DNA of 64,000 nucleotides from the human T2T-CHM13v2.0 reference genome, Homo sapiens, in the NCBI RefSeq assembly GCF_009914755.1, contig NC_060933.1, one strand, 5' to 3'. The position numbers and the translations under genes were made by a program. The notes below the pieces were generated by a model, which was not told the origin of the DNA, made no database searches, and worked only from the letters and a program-made list of their open reading frames with translations. Below are positions 46,701 to 64,000 of this stretch, in pieces; position 1 is the stretch's first letter, and every line of letters begins with the position of its first letter.

Positions 46701-48824
46701 ATCAACATACAAAAATCAGTAGCATTTCTATATGCCAACAGCAAACACTCTGAAAGAAATCAAGAAAATAATCCCATTTATAATGGCTGTGAATAAAACT
46801 AAATACCTAGGACTAAACGTAGCCAAAGAAGTGAAAGATCTCTACAATGAAAACTATAAAGTGCTGATGGAAGAAATTGAAGAGGACACAAAAAAATTGA
46901 AAAGATATTCTATATTCATGGATTGGAAGCGTCAATATTGTTAAAATGTCCATACCATCCAAAGCAATCTACAGGTTCAATGCAATCTCTGCTAAAATAC
47001 TAATGACAGTCTTCACAGAAATAGAAAAAAATAAAATCCTAAAATTTACACAGTACCACCAAAGACCCAGACTAGCCAAAACTATCGTGAGTAAAAAGAA
47101 CAAAACTGGAGGAATTACATTATCTGACTTCAAATTATATGACAGAGCTGTTGTAACAAAAACAGCATAGTGCTGGCATAAAAACAGACACATGCTGATA
47201 TAAAAACAGACACAAAGACCAATGGAACATAATAGAGAACCCAGAAGTAAATCCATACATCTCCAGTGGATATTCATTTGTGACAAAGGTTCAAAGAACA
47301 TACACTATGGAAAGGACAGGGTCTTCAATAAATGGTGCTGGGAAAACTGGATATCCATATGCGAAAGAAGGAAATTAGACCCCTATCTTTCATCATATAC
47401 AAAAATCAAATCAAAGTGGATTAAAGAATTAATCTAAGGCCTGAAACTATAAAACTACTAAAAGAAAACATTGAGAAACTATCCAGGACATTGGACTGGG
47501 CAATGCTGTATTGAGTAATGCCCCACAGCAAAGGCCACCAAGGCAAAAATGGACAAATGGTATCACATCAAGTTGAAAAGCTTCTGCAAAGCAAAGGAAA
47601 CAATCAACAAAGTAAAGAGACAACCCAAAGAATGGAAGAAAATAGTTCCATTAGATGCAAACTATCCATCTGACAACAGATTAATAACCAAAATATACAG
47701 GGAGCTCAAACAACTCAATAGGAAAAAAAAATCTAATAACCCAATTAAAAAATGGACAAAAAATTTGAATAGGTACTTCTCAAAAGAAGGCATACTAATG
47801 GCAAACAGGTGTATGAAATGGTACTCAACATCACTGATCATCAGAGAAATGCAAATCAAAACTATAATGCGATATAATCTTATCCCAGTTAAAATGGCTT
47901 TTATCCAAAAAGCAGGCAATAACAAATGCTGGCAAAGATATATAGAAAAGGAAACCCTTGTATACTGTTGGTAGGAATGTAAATTAGTTCAACCAGTTTG
48001 GAGAACAGTTTGAAGGTTCCTCAAAAAACTAAACATGGAACTACTATATGATTCAGCAATCTCACGGCTAGGTATATACCCAAAAGAAAAGAAATCAGTA
48101 CATCGAAAAGGTAACTGCACTCCCATGCTTATTGCAGCACTATTAACAATAGCCAAGATTTGGAAGCAACCTAAATGTCCGTGAAGAGACGAATGAATAA
48201 AGTAAATATGGTACATATACATAATGGAGTACTATTCTGCCATAAAAAAGAATGAGATCTTGTTACTTGCAACAACAACATGGATGGAACTGGAAGTCAT
48301 TAGGTTAAATGAAGTAAGCCAGACACAGAAAAAAAAACTTCAAATGTTCTTACTCATCTGTGGAAGCTAAAAATTAAACAATTAAACTCAAAGAAATAGA
48401 GAGCAGAATGATGGTTATCAGAGGCCAAGAGGGTGGGGAAGAAGTGGAGATGGTATATGGGTACAAAAAACATAGTTAAATAGAAGGAAAACAATCTAGT
48501 ATTTGATAACACAACAGGGTGATTACGGTCAGTAATTTTTTTTATTTCAATTCCTTTTGGGGTACAAGTGGGTTTTGTTACATGGACGAAATATAAAATG
48601 GTAAATTCTGAAATTTTAGTGCACTCATCACCCAAGTAGTGTACACTATACCTAATGTGTAGTTTTTTGTTAATCCCAGGCTCCCCTCCCGCCGTGCCTC
48701 TTCTGAGTCTCTAAAATTCATTATATCACTCCGTATGCCTTTGGGTACTCATAACTTAGCTTTCACTTACTCATAGCTTGGCTTTCCACTCCTGTGATAC
48801 TTCACTTAGAATAATGGCCTCTAG

Positions 48825-49160
<336 letters not shown>

Positions 49161-49325
49161 TCTGTCTTTTTAATAATGACCATTCTTTCAGGAGTAGGGT
49201 GGTATCTCACTGTGGTTTTAATCTGCATTTCCCTGGTGATTAGTGATGTTGAGCATTTTTTTCATATGTATCCTGGCCATTTATATATTTTCTTTTCAGA
49301 AATGTCTATTCATGTCTTTTGCCTA

Positions 49326-49625
49326 CTTTTTATTTTTTATTTTTTTGAGACAGAGTCTCACTCCATCACCCAGGCTGAAGTGCAATGGCACGATCTCAGC
49401 TCACCGCAATCTCCACCTCCTGGGTTCAAGCAAATCTCCCACCTCAGCCTCCCAAGTAGCTAACTGGCACCCGCCATCATGCCAGGCTAATTTTTTTTGT
49501 ATTTTTGTAGAGACACATTTTCACTATATTGGCCAGGCTGGTCTTTAACTCCTGACATCAGGTGATCCACCCACCTCAGCCTTCCAAAGTTCTGGGATTA
49601 CAGGTGTGAGCCACGGCGCCCGGCC
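49326..49625 (-). mobile_element. AluS in L1PB
   Basis: Antisense dimer; TSD-like ttttgcctactttt / ttttgcctgctttt. Confidence 0.93.
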
Positions 49626-50031
49626 TTTTGCCTGCTTTTTAATGGGATTTTTTTTTTCTTGATTTGAGTTCCTTATAGATTCTGGATACTAGTCCTTGGT
49701 TGGACGCGTAGTTTGAAAATACTTTCACCTATTGTGTGGGTTGCCTGTTTACTCTATTATTTCTTTTGCAGAAGCTTTTTAGTTTAATTAGGTCCCATTT
49801 ATTTATTTTTGTTTTTGTTGCATGTGCTTTCGGGGTCTTAGCCATAAATTCTTTGCCTAGGCCAATGTCTAGAAGAATTTTTCCAACATTACCTTCTAGA
49901 ATTTTTATTGTCTCAGGTCTTACATTTAAGTCCTTGTTCCATCTTGATTTTTGTATATAGTGAGAGATAGACAGTTTCATTCATCTACTACATGTAGCTT
50001 GCCAATTTTCCCAGGACCATTTATTAAATAG

Positions 50032-50421
<390 letters not shown>

Positions 50422-51702
50422 TATGTGCCTACTTTTATACCAGCACCATATACTGTTTTGGTAACTGTATCCTCGTAGTACAGTTTGAAGTCCAGTAATG
50501 TGATGCCTCCAGATTTGTTATTTTTGCTTAGAATGGCTTTGACTACGCAGGCTCTTTTTTGGTTCCACACGAATTTTAGGATTGTTTTTTCTAATTCTGT
50601 GAAAAATGATGTTGGTATTTTGATGGGAAGTGCATTGAATCTGTAGATTGCTTTGGGCAGTATAGTCATTTTCACAATATTGATTCTTCCAATCCATGGG
50701 CATAGGATGTGTTTCCATTTGTTTGTATCATCTACAGTTTCTTTCAGCAGTGCTTTGTAGTTCTCCTTGTAGAGATCTTTCACCTCCTTGGTTAGGTATA
50801 TTCCTAGTTATTTTATTTTATTTGCAGATGTTATAAAAGGGACTGAGTTCTTGATTTGATTCTAAGCTTGATCATTGCTGGTGTATAGCAGTGCTATCGA
50901 TTTGTGTACACTGATATTACAAACTGAGAGTTTACTGAATTTGTTTATCAAATCTAAGAGTCTTTATGACTTTCTAGCCATACAATCATATCATCTGCAA
51001 ACAGCAATAATTTGACTCTCTCCTTTCCAATTTGGATACCCTTTATTTCTTTCTCTTGCCTAACTGATCTGGCTAGTACTTCCAGAACTATGTTTAATAG
51101 GAGTGGTGAAAGTGGGCATCCTTGTCTTGTTCCTGCTCTCGGGGAAATGCTTTCAACTTTTCCCCATTCCGTATGATGTTGGCTGTGCGTTAGTCATAGA
51201 CGGCTTTTATTATTTTAAGGTAGGTCCCTTCCATGCCTACTCTCAACAGTTTGTTGACAGTTTTTATCATAAAGTGTGCTGGATTTTGTCAAATGCTTTT
51301 TCTGCATCTATTGAGATGATCATATGGCTTTTGTTTTTAATTGTTTATGTGCTGTATCACATTTACTGACTTGCATATTTTAAACTACTCCTACTAGACA
51401 AGTTTCTTGAAAACAGCAGATACTTCGATTCTGTACCCATTCTGCCATGAAACCCACTTGATCATGATCAATTATCTTTTTGATGTGTTGTTGAATTCAG
51501 TTAGCTAATATTTTGTTGAGGATTTTTGCATCTATGTTCATCACAAAAATTGCTCTGCAGTTTTCTTCTTTTGTTGTGTCCTTTCCTAGTTTTCTAATTA
51601 GGGTGATACTGGTTTCACAGAATGATCTAGGGAGGATTCCTTCTCTCAATCTTTTGGAATAGTTTCAGTAGGATTGGTACCAAGTCTCTGAATGTCTGGT
51701 AG

Positions 51703-52063
<361 letters not shown>

Positions 52064-54256
52064 TGGCAATTTTTTAATTACTGATTTAATCTCACTGCTT
52101 GTTATTGGTCTGTTCAAGGTTTTATTTCTTCCTGATTTAATCTAGGAAGGTTGTACGTTTCCAGGAATTTGACCATTTCCTCTGGCTTTTCTAGTTTGTG
52201 CACATAAAGGTGTTAATAGTAGTCTGGAATGATCTTTTGTATTTCTGTGGTGTCAAGTGCAATGTCACCAGTTTCATTTCTAATTGAGCTTATTTGGGCC
52301 TTCTCTCTTCTTGATTAATCTAGCTCATGGTCTATCAATTTTATTTTTTCGAAGTGACAGCATATTTCACTGATCTTTTGTATTTTTTTGTGTGTGTTTG
52401 AATTTCATTTAGTTCTGCTCTGATCTTTGTTACTTCTTCTTCTAGCTTTTTGTTCCTGTTTCTCCAGTTCCTTGAGGTGTGACATTAGGTTGTCAATTTG
52501 TGCTCTGAAATTCTGATGTAGGCATTTAGTGCTATAAGCTTTCCCTCAGCACTGCTTTTGCTGTATCCCAAAGGTTTTGATAACTTGTCTCATTATTATC
52601 ATTCATTTCAAAGAATTTTAAAATTTCCATCTTGGTTTCATTGTTAACCCAGATATCATTCAGGAGCAGAATATTTAATTTCCATGTATTTGTACAGTTT
52701 TGAGAGTTCCTTTTTGACTAGTACTTCCAGAACAGTACTTCTTTGACTAGTACAAACTAGAGTTGATTTCTAGTTTTATGCCGCTGTGGTCTGCAGGGAT
52801 ACTGGATATAATTTCGATTTTTTAAAATTTATTGAGACTTGCTTTGTGGCCTATCATATAATCTATCTTGGACAATGTTCCATGTGCTGATAAAAATGTA
52901 TATTCTGCAGATCTTAGGTAGAATGTTCTCTAAATATCAGTCCATTTGTTCTAGCATTTCGTTTAAGTCCACTGTTTCTCAGTTGACTTTTAGTCTCAAA
53001 GATCTGTCTAGTGCTGTCAGTGGTGTACTGAAATCTACCACTGCTATTGTTTTGCTGTCTATCTCATTTCTTAGGTCTAGCAGTAATCATTTTACAAATC
53101 TGGGAGTTCCAGTGTTAGGTGCGTATAACTTTAGAATTGTAATATCTTGTTGAATTGATTGTTTTATTATTATATAGTGACTATATTTGCCTTTACTGTT
53201 GTTGAAGTTTGTTTTGTCTAAGAATAGCTACTCCTGTTTGCTTTTGGTTTCCATTTATGTAGAATACCTTTTTCCACTTTTCTGAGTTTACAGGACTCCT
53301 TCTCTGTTAGGTGAGTTTCTTGAAGACAGCAGATATTTGGATTCTGTATCCATTCTGCCATTCTGTATGTTAGGTGGAGCTAGTTTAGGCCACTGACATT
53401 CAATGCTAATATTGAGATGTGAAGTATCATTCTCTTCCTCATGTTGTTACCTAGTTTGTTTGTTTGCTTTTTTCATTGTATAATTGTTTTACAGATCCTG
53501 TGGGTTTTAAGCTTTCCACTTTGGTGTATATCAGGCTTTTGTTTCAAGGTTTATAACTCCTTTTAGCATTTCTTGTAGTGCTGGTTTGGTAGGGACAAAT
53601 TCCCCTGGCATTTGTTTAAAATGACTTTATTTCTCCTTCATTTACAAAACTTAGTTTTGTGGGATAAAAAATTCTTGGCTGACAGTTGTTCTGTTTAAAG
53701 AGGTTGAAGACAGGACCCTAATCTCTTTTGGCTTGTAAGGTTTCTGCTGAGAAGTCTGCTGTTACTTTGATAGGTTTTCCTTTGTAGGTTATCTGATGCT
53801 TTTGTCTTACTGGCTTTAGAATTCTTTCCTTCATCAGTTAACAAAAATTTACTGTACATTTAAAAATAGATAAAAGAGTATAACTGGAATGTCTGTTACA
53901 CAAAGAAATGAAAAATGCTTAAAGTGATAGATGCCCCATTTACCCTAATGTGATTGTTATCCATTGTATGCCTATCAGAACATCACACCTACTCCATAAA
54001 TATATACACCTACTATCTACCCTTAAAAAACTGAAAATTAAAATTTAAAAATCTAAAAAATAAAAATAAAATAAAATCTGATGACTTTTAACCACGTCCA
54101 CCATAACCAACCTGGTCAGAGCAACCACCATCTCTCACTTGGATTATACATTGCCTTCCAACTAGTTATCTTACTTCCCCACCTGAAAATAAACCCTTCC
54201 CCAGAGTTTATTCTCAGCAACAGCATCCAGAGTATTCCTGCTAATCTATATTAGCA

Positions 54257-54549
<293 letters not shown>

Positions 54550-54833
54550 GAATCTAAATTACGTAACAGCATTCCTCTGCTCAAAACCTTCTAATAGTTT
54601 CCTGTCTCTGAGTAAATACTTCACAATAATTAAGGCTATAAGGCCCTAATAATCTGATTCCCGTTAACTTCTTGGCCTCAACCTCTATCACTATTCCTCA
54701 CTCACTGTGCTCTACTCACAATAGTATCCTTGCTGACGTTCCCACCTCAGAGCCTTTCCACTTGCTAGTTTGCCCCCAATATCCACATCACCCCTTCTCT
54801 CACTTCTTAGGTGTCTGCTCAAATGTCATCTTA

Positions 54834-55235
<402 letters not shown>

Positions 55236-55820
55236 TTATTTTTCTGCATAGGATTTACCATTGGCAGATGGTGTCTTTGTTTACTCTGCATTGCACACCT
55301 AAAACAATGTCTGGCACAAAAGAGAAACACAAACGAATTTCTCAAAATATTTTCTCATACAGGATCACATTCAATGCTCACATGATCCTGAAAAGCAGTA
55401 AAGAACAGATAAATTTTTTAATAATCTTTTAAACTGTGAAAGCACAAATATACAAAGATGTTAAATGATTTGTCTATGATCACACAGTGAAGTAACTGCA
55501 GAACTAACCCTAGAATTGGGGTCCCCAACATCTTTTCCAATTCACATCACTGTCTCCACAAACAAATCAAAGAGCAGGTGTATATTTGATTTCACACAGT
55601 GATCTTTAAAAAGCTCAAGATGGCATCTATTCCTTTAAACCACGATCAAACATGAAATAGCACCAGAATAGTACATGACTCCGTAGCTATTTATTTTCTT
55701 CTAACTAAAAGGGAGTAATAGAGGTCATCAGACTATTTTTAGAATTTACCGATTTTGTGACAATTCTGACTAAAAGGAAAAAGGGGTAATGTGCCAAGAA
55801 ACAGTTAAGAATTCAAATAT

Positions 55821-56458
<638 letters not shown>

Positions 56459-57802
56459 AAGAATTCAAATATTCTCTGTCCTCCTCTGTCTGCTGAAGCA
56501 CACTTAACACTGAAGGGTAAACCAATACCTTGGTAAACAAGCTTAAAACAGTGTCTTTGATTCTCAAAAGACCTTCTGTTGCCATTCTGTACCACAGAGC
56601 ATGGCAAAACAAAACAAAACCCATATCTGGAGACAGAATGGACACGATTATTTCTCTTAATGAGGTAAGTTTGCAAAACGAACTTAGAATCTGCAATCCA
56701 GTTATAAGCAAGCAGTAATGTTAACAAATTACCAATTTTGAAACAAGCAAAAATAATAATATTCAGCTTAGCAAAATAAATAGGTTTTAACCTACAAAAA
56801 GAAATACATAGATTCACCAATATTGTGTCCATACAAGAAAATTATCTTATACTACTTAAAAGTGCTAAAAATTAATAAGTACATTAGATCCTTCAGTAAT
56901 ATAGTAATTTAATTTCCAGGCTCTTGCTACTATTCATTCTTCTCTTTCTGGCATCCTCTGCCACAGTTGGAAACTGTGTATCTAGGTCAGAAAAGACAAG
57001 TAGCTTTTCAGAACAATTCAATATCTTTGGCTCAGGTGTTGATATTATAATTCAACCCTTTCACAAACTCCTTTTAAAACCTGACGTAAATCACAAGATT
57101 AGTACTACTGATATTTATGAAAAACCACTGGAAAAAGTAATTTGGAGATAACGGACAAAAGAAGAATCTAAGACAGGCCATCCAATGTAATTGGTATAAA
57201 AGCAATAGATTGGGGTCAAAAGATCTGTATTACAGTTCCGGCTCGACTCCTAACGTGTTCGCCAATTGTGAACAAACCTCAATTCTGAGCCTCAATTCCA
57301 TCGCTTATAAGGAAATGGGGTGAACTATACCTAGATTACTTTTTACTTTTTTAAGTCTACCTGAATATGATTCTATGATACACGAGAAATCTGCAAGTAC
57401 ATTCCTATGAGATCAGTTAAAACTATTCCTTAAAAGTGTATGTTTTGCAATGTAATCATATTTTAAATACCGTAGATAAAGCTAAAAAACAGACAATTGG
57501 GGAAATTCGGACACTGAATATTTGACATTTGGGGATTACTTCTGGAGTGTAATAATGGCATTATGTGAGTTTCATTTTGGAATGGGGGAGTCATACCTTT
57601 TAGAGATACATACCAAACTACTTACAGATGAATGTATGAATGTGGATATCTGGGATTTTAAAAAAATAATCCAGTTGCAGGGGCAAGGAAGTAAAATACA
57701 ATTGGCCATATGTTGATAGGTATTGAAAATGAATGACAGGGGGTTCTTTATGGTTCACTGGGGTTCTTGCTACTTGTTTATGTCTGAACATTTCCATAAT
57801 AA

Positions 57803-58194
<392 letters not shown>

Positions 58195-58763
58195 TGAGAT
58201 TTTCATGTCATATTTTCTGCTTTGGAAAGTCCATTATGTCTAATTGCATAAAACCAAAGCAGGTGAAACTATAAAAGAATAAAAAAAACAGCTCGAGGAG
58301 CAATTTAATAGTAACTGATAACGTCAAAGATGCGGATACCCTATAAGCAATGATACCACTTCTATTTACAGCACCTAGAGTAACTTCAACACAGAAACCC
58401 AATAAGACAGACAACACCAACATTTACTGTAGCACTGATTTTGTGCATTATCACAAAATACTGGCAATCTAAATGTCCATCAACAAGAGAATAAAGATAT
58501 ACACTGCACAGTTTATGAATGACAGTGATCCACTTCATCATGTCTAAAGTCAAAAACAAAGTTGGAGGAAAAAGCTAGTTGCAGAATAGCATGAACAAAG
58601 TGATGCCCTGAATATAAGCTTGAAAAAACATAAGATAATGTTACATATCATTTATGGAGAGAGATACAGACATACTTTTTTAGTATAAAAAACATTCAAA
58701 GTAATGACAAAAAATTCAGGAGAGTGGTTACCTTTGGGAAAAGTAGGATTAGAACACATCAGG

Positions 58764-58931
58764 AAAGCGGGGTCGGGGGCTAGGGGAGGGATAGCATTCG
58801 GAGAAATACCTAATGTACATGACGGGTCGATGGGTGCAGCAAACCACCAAGGCATGTGTATACCTATTCACAAACCTGCACGTTCTGCACATGTATCCCA
58901 GAACTTAAAGTATAATAAAAAGTTCAAAAAA
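58764..58931 (+). mobile_element. Short 5'-truncated L1PA 3' end (about 170 bp)
   Basis: ggggagggatagcattcggagaaatacctaatg...cttaaagtataataaaa; TSD agaacacatcagg at 58751-58763 and 58932-58944. Confidence 0.92.
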
Positions 58932-59658
58932 AGAACACATCAGGGAGGGATATACACATAATACATATCTGAGCTACTATTTCTTAGAGGAAAAAAATCT
59001 GAAACAAGTTTGGTAAAACATTAGAATATGAGAGAGATATTTGTGGTGAACACACAGTTGTTTATCATATTCTATTTTTGTCTATAAGCTTTAAACAATT
59101 TCTAATTTCAAAATATTTTTAAAATTATGTGAACACGTAAGATACGTAGAAACAAAAGGAACTTTGATCCTCTTTAGCAAGAAGCTACTTTAGCTTTGGT
59201 TTTAGCCTTCCGGTACTAGCAAAATAAGTATTCAATGTAAACTAAATATTGATATTGAGTAGAAGGTACAAGAAAGTTCTCCATCAAAGAAGACTGTAAG
59301 TTTTTTTTTTTTTTTTAAGTGGAATGAGACATATTCCAACATAGAATTATCTAGGGGAGTAAACAAGACATTCAAAGTATTCGAGGGTGCTGGCTAAAGT
59401 CACTGTCACTATAACGAAGGTTACAAAAAGCACCAAAGAAGGTAATACTGCCCCAAAACATTCTAATTTTAACTCCAGTAATACTTTTGTTAGGACAGAT
59501 CTATGGAAAGCCCAGGATGTTTCCCAAGTCCTGTAACCTGGCAGAACTCAGCCTCCAAGTTCTGCTTTCTCCGCAGATTTCATCAGGATTTGCTTACAGA
59601 CCTTAGCTAGCGCACAGTTTGTTGTTAAGAGGGTCCTAGAGTAGGACTTACTCTAGTG

Positions 59659-59815
59659 CAGGAGTCAGCAAACTTTTTCTTAAGGGGAGGGGCAAAATAG
59701 TAAATATTGTAGACTGGTGGGCCACACAGTCTCTGTGGCAACTGCTGACATTTGCCATTGTAGTATAAAAGCATCCATAAACAACATATACATGAATAAG
59801 TATGGCTATGATTTA
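59659..59815 (+). mobile_element. MER58A-like partial
   Basis: caggagtcagcaaactttttct...atagtaaatatt...ggccacacagtctctgtggcaact. Confidence 0.7.
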
Positions 59816-61399
59816 ACAGTATTGCTTACCCCAGCTTTACCACATGGTCTTTCTTGCATTTCATCCAGATGCCTGGGAGGTCTCTCAATTGTGGCTGGGA
59901 CAAAGTTTTAACATCCCCTAGCCACATACTTCTAGTATTTGTTCCACTGCCAATCCTGTGGCAGCCACCTGATAAACCCTCCAGTCTTTCCCCATCATGG
60001 ACAGCCCAACACTCTGACAAGAATTCACAAGAGACTCACAAACAAACATTTGGGAACCTCTCTTGTACAGCTTCTTCTTGTCTGGTTCCCTTCCCCGAAC
60101 ACTTTAGCTGTCTCAAGTGTACCAAACTCCAACCTCTGCCTCCTCAACATGGTTAGGTGACATGCTCTGCTTGCATTCCAGCTCAGCAAACTGTCCTCAG
60201 GCAGAGAACAGGAGTAATCACTGAGCTCTCCTCATAAATGTCAAGATCACAATCCTGTGCAGCCTGTTGCCCAAAGCCTGAAAATCTTCCCACATATATT
60301 CTGTTAAGTTTCATAATTGTTTATGGCAAGAAGGCTAGTCTAGAACTAGTTACCCATAATACTTAGAAGTCTTAGTCAATAAACATTCTAGTTTCTACTA
60401 TATATCAAGACCTCAGCTGGGGCACAGTTAAATATGATGCTATGGTATAATCGAAAGAACATCAGGGTGAGCATAACTAGCCATTTATTCATCCATCTAA
60501 CCAACAAATACTTACTAAGCATCTACAAATACCAGGAAAGCACTTGACTTTATGTCTTCAAGGCTTCAGTATTAACAATACACTCTAAAGTGGGATGATA
60601 ACCTGCCCACCTAATCACATAGATTTGTGGTAAGAATTAAATGTAAAAATGTAAAAGCATTTGATAAAGTACTACACAATATGTTATTTTTGTGATGCCT
60701 ACAATCATATTCTTCTTAGTAAACCACAAGAAGTTCACCATGTACACTTTCCCAACGCAGAAACAACATGTAAAGAGGATGGCTCTAAAAGAGTATGGGG
60801 TGTATGTATGCATGTATGTGTGCACATGTGTGCTGATGAGGGAGGTTTCCAGATTTCAAATCTGCTAGAGAACAGAGTGCATACATGGAAGTGACAGGAG
60901 ATACAGGTATTTACCATACAATGTTGATAAGCAGAATGAAATATTTTCAAGCTCAGTAATAAAAATAATTTTCAAAATAAATAATAAGTTTGTCTCGATA
61001 AATTACACTGGTCATACTCATTTTCTCATCAATGGTTGCCATACACACACACACAAATTTATTCATATATATAAACAAGGTTCAGAGAAAGGGTAAATCA
61101 TTCAAGAAACATATAGGCTGCTGAGAATTTAGGGAAAAGTCATGGTAGCAGACCAGTGAACCTTATTCAGATACTTGTATTCAAAAAACAAATGTGAATC
61201 TAGCTTTTAAGAGAGGCTTATTTTCTATTCAGTGGTTGGGAATGAGCAATTTGTAGTTATATATATTGGTATATTCGAAAATGCTTCCTGTTCTTTCATT
61301 TTCTTAAACTATCTTCTTCATCTATTCTACCACTGCAATCTCAAGCCTTTAAATAAGTGTCAACTATAGAGTTAACAGATATGGGCATCGAAAATGAGA

Positions 61400-62700
<1,301 letters not shown>

Positions 62701-64000
62701 AAGTGCTTATTGCAGGCCAATGAAACTATGTCATAAACAAGGACTATGACTAATCCATTATCTAATTCTGTGCACATTATAACCAATTCTTTAAAAAGCT
62801 TCTCAGCCTATATTAAATTTTTACTAAATTAAGTTTTGGTCTTCCTGACTGAAGTATAATTTTTTAAATTTAGGCCAAATCGGTTCAACTATAAAGAGTT
62901 GTTATACTATTTTCCTAATATGGATAACTTTAAAATATTGAATTGCTAATATAGTGTCCTCCTAACTTATCACATATGAGTATAATTCACAGACTATAAT
63001 TTGACTCATGGTATATCCAATATAACAGTATTAATAAAACTGCAACTGAGTAAGTACTCAGTTTGCTACATACTAGAAAGAGAACAAAAACTTCCATAAT
63101 CTATAGAAAATAATCTTGCTTTTTACAAGATGACTTCTCACCTAACCCCTAAAATATAGACACTAACTCAAAAAGAACCTTCTTACTCCTGAATGACACT
63201 TTCAAGTCAACCTTAGTATTTTTCCCAACCTTTTGCTCTGAATAAGAAAAGTAAAATGCAAAACTTCTTCCTTAATACGGATTTTTTTCAGTTATTAGAA
63301 AACTCAACATTAGGATTTTCCTAACAACTCAGCCACTTAATAAATAAATGCACGTGTATACATTTAACACTTCAGGGGAAGGTAAGACTATAAAAAGAAT
63401 TTGTTCTAGTGAGTTTCAATTACCGCATTTTGTCATTTCCAATACGGTACTCACAGAACTTTATATTCACCTACCTCTGACACGGGTTCATGAGGAAAAC
63501 AGTATATATTAATAATTGATAAGCATTTGTCGAATGATTTTCATATGTAAAATGGATCTCTTGCCTGAATTTCCAGTGGAAAACAAACTTCAAACTACTA
63601 AAATTCGTATATTTATTAGCTGCAAGGTTTTAAACTATCCAACTATTTGGATAATACTGACACCCCCAACGCCCCTCCCTAGCCAAAAAAGAGACAGAAA
63701 AGGAGGAAAGAACAAGCAACGCCAGCAATGATGTGAGAAGTCGATTCAGTTATTTAGTTGTTATTCACCTGTCAAACATTCCCAGATGTCCTTGGCTTTC
63801 CCAAGATAGATCCTTCACATGACTATCAAGAATATTATCCACAGATAAGCAGGATAAGAACATTGAAGACAATCTAGAAATAGAGACATTTCCTACCAGG
63901 CAAGACACCAATAAGTGAATAAATTTGAGTCTTAAATACACAAATACGCATTCCCATACAGCGTTATACAAAGCAATTCTTATTAAAAATTAAGCAAAGT

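Overview
Human-like (primate) genomic DNA from the 5' half of STRBP (spermatid perinuclear RNA-binding protein, a DZF + dsRBD paralog of ILF3/NF90), transcribed on the minus strand. Nine exons can be placed exactly from GT-AG boundaries and consistent codon phases: a 167-nt mostly 5'UTR exon ending in the ATG (35318-35484) and eight coding exons down to 9215. Together they give 1045 nt of CDS ([13 protein letters not shown]...SVTDKEG), covering the DZF domain. The dsRBD exons and the promoter lie outside the window. The rest is intron rich in Alu, L1, L2, MIR, hAT-type MER elements and one THE1/MST-type solo LTR; almost all listed six-frame ORFs are repeat-derived noise. No novel protein-coding system is present. 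The best leads are RNA-level and untested: (i) a 32-codon basic uORF whose stop is made only by splicing and overlaps the main start (AUG|A), and which comes into frame with STRBP if the next exon is skipped; (ii) a 699-nt Alu-flanked exon circle that would be almost entirely one ORF (230 aa); (iii) a sense LTR near the DZF/dsRBD boundary supplying a stop codon, polyA signal, DUX4 site and splice donor; (iv) a cluster of stop-containing candidate exons and an AG|GTAAGT site inside an inverted Alu pair; (v) several retrotransposition and repair scars. Repeat boundaries and subfamilies are by-eye estimates.
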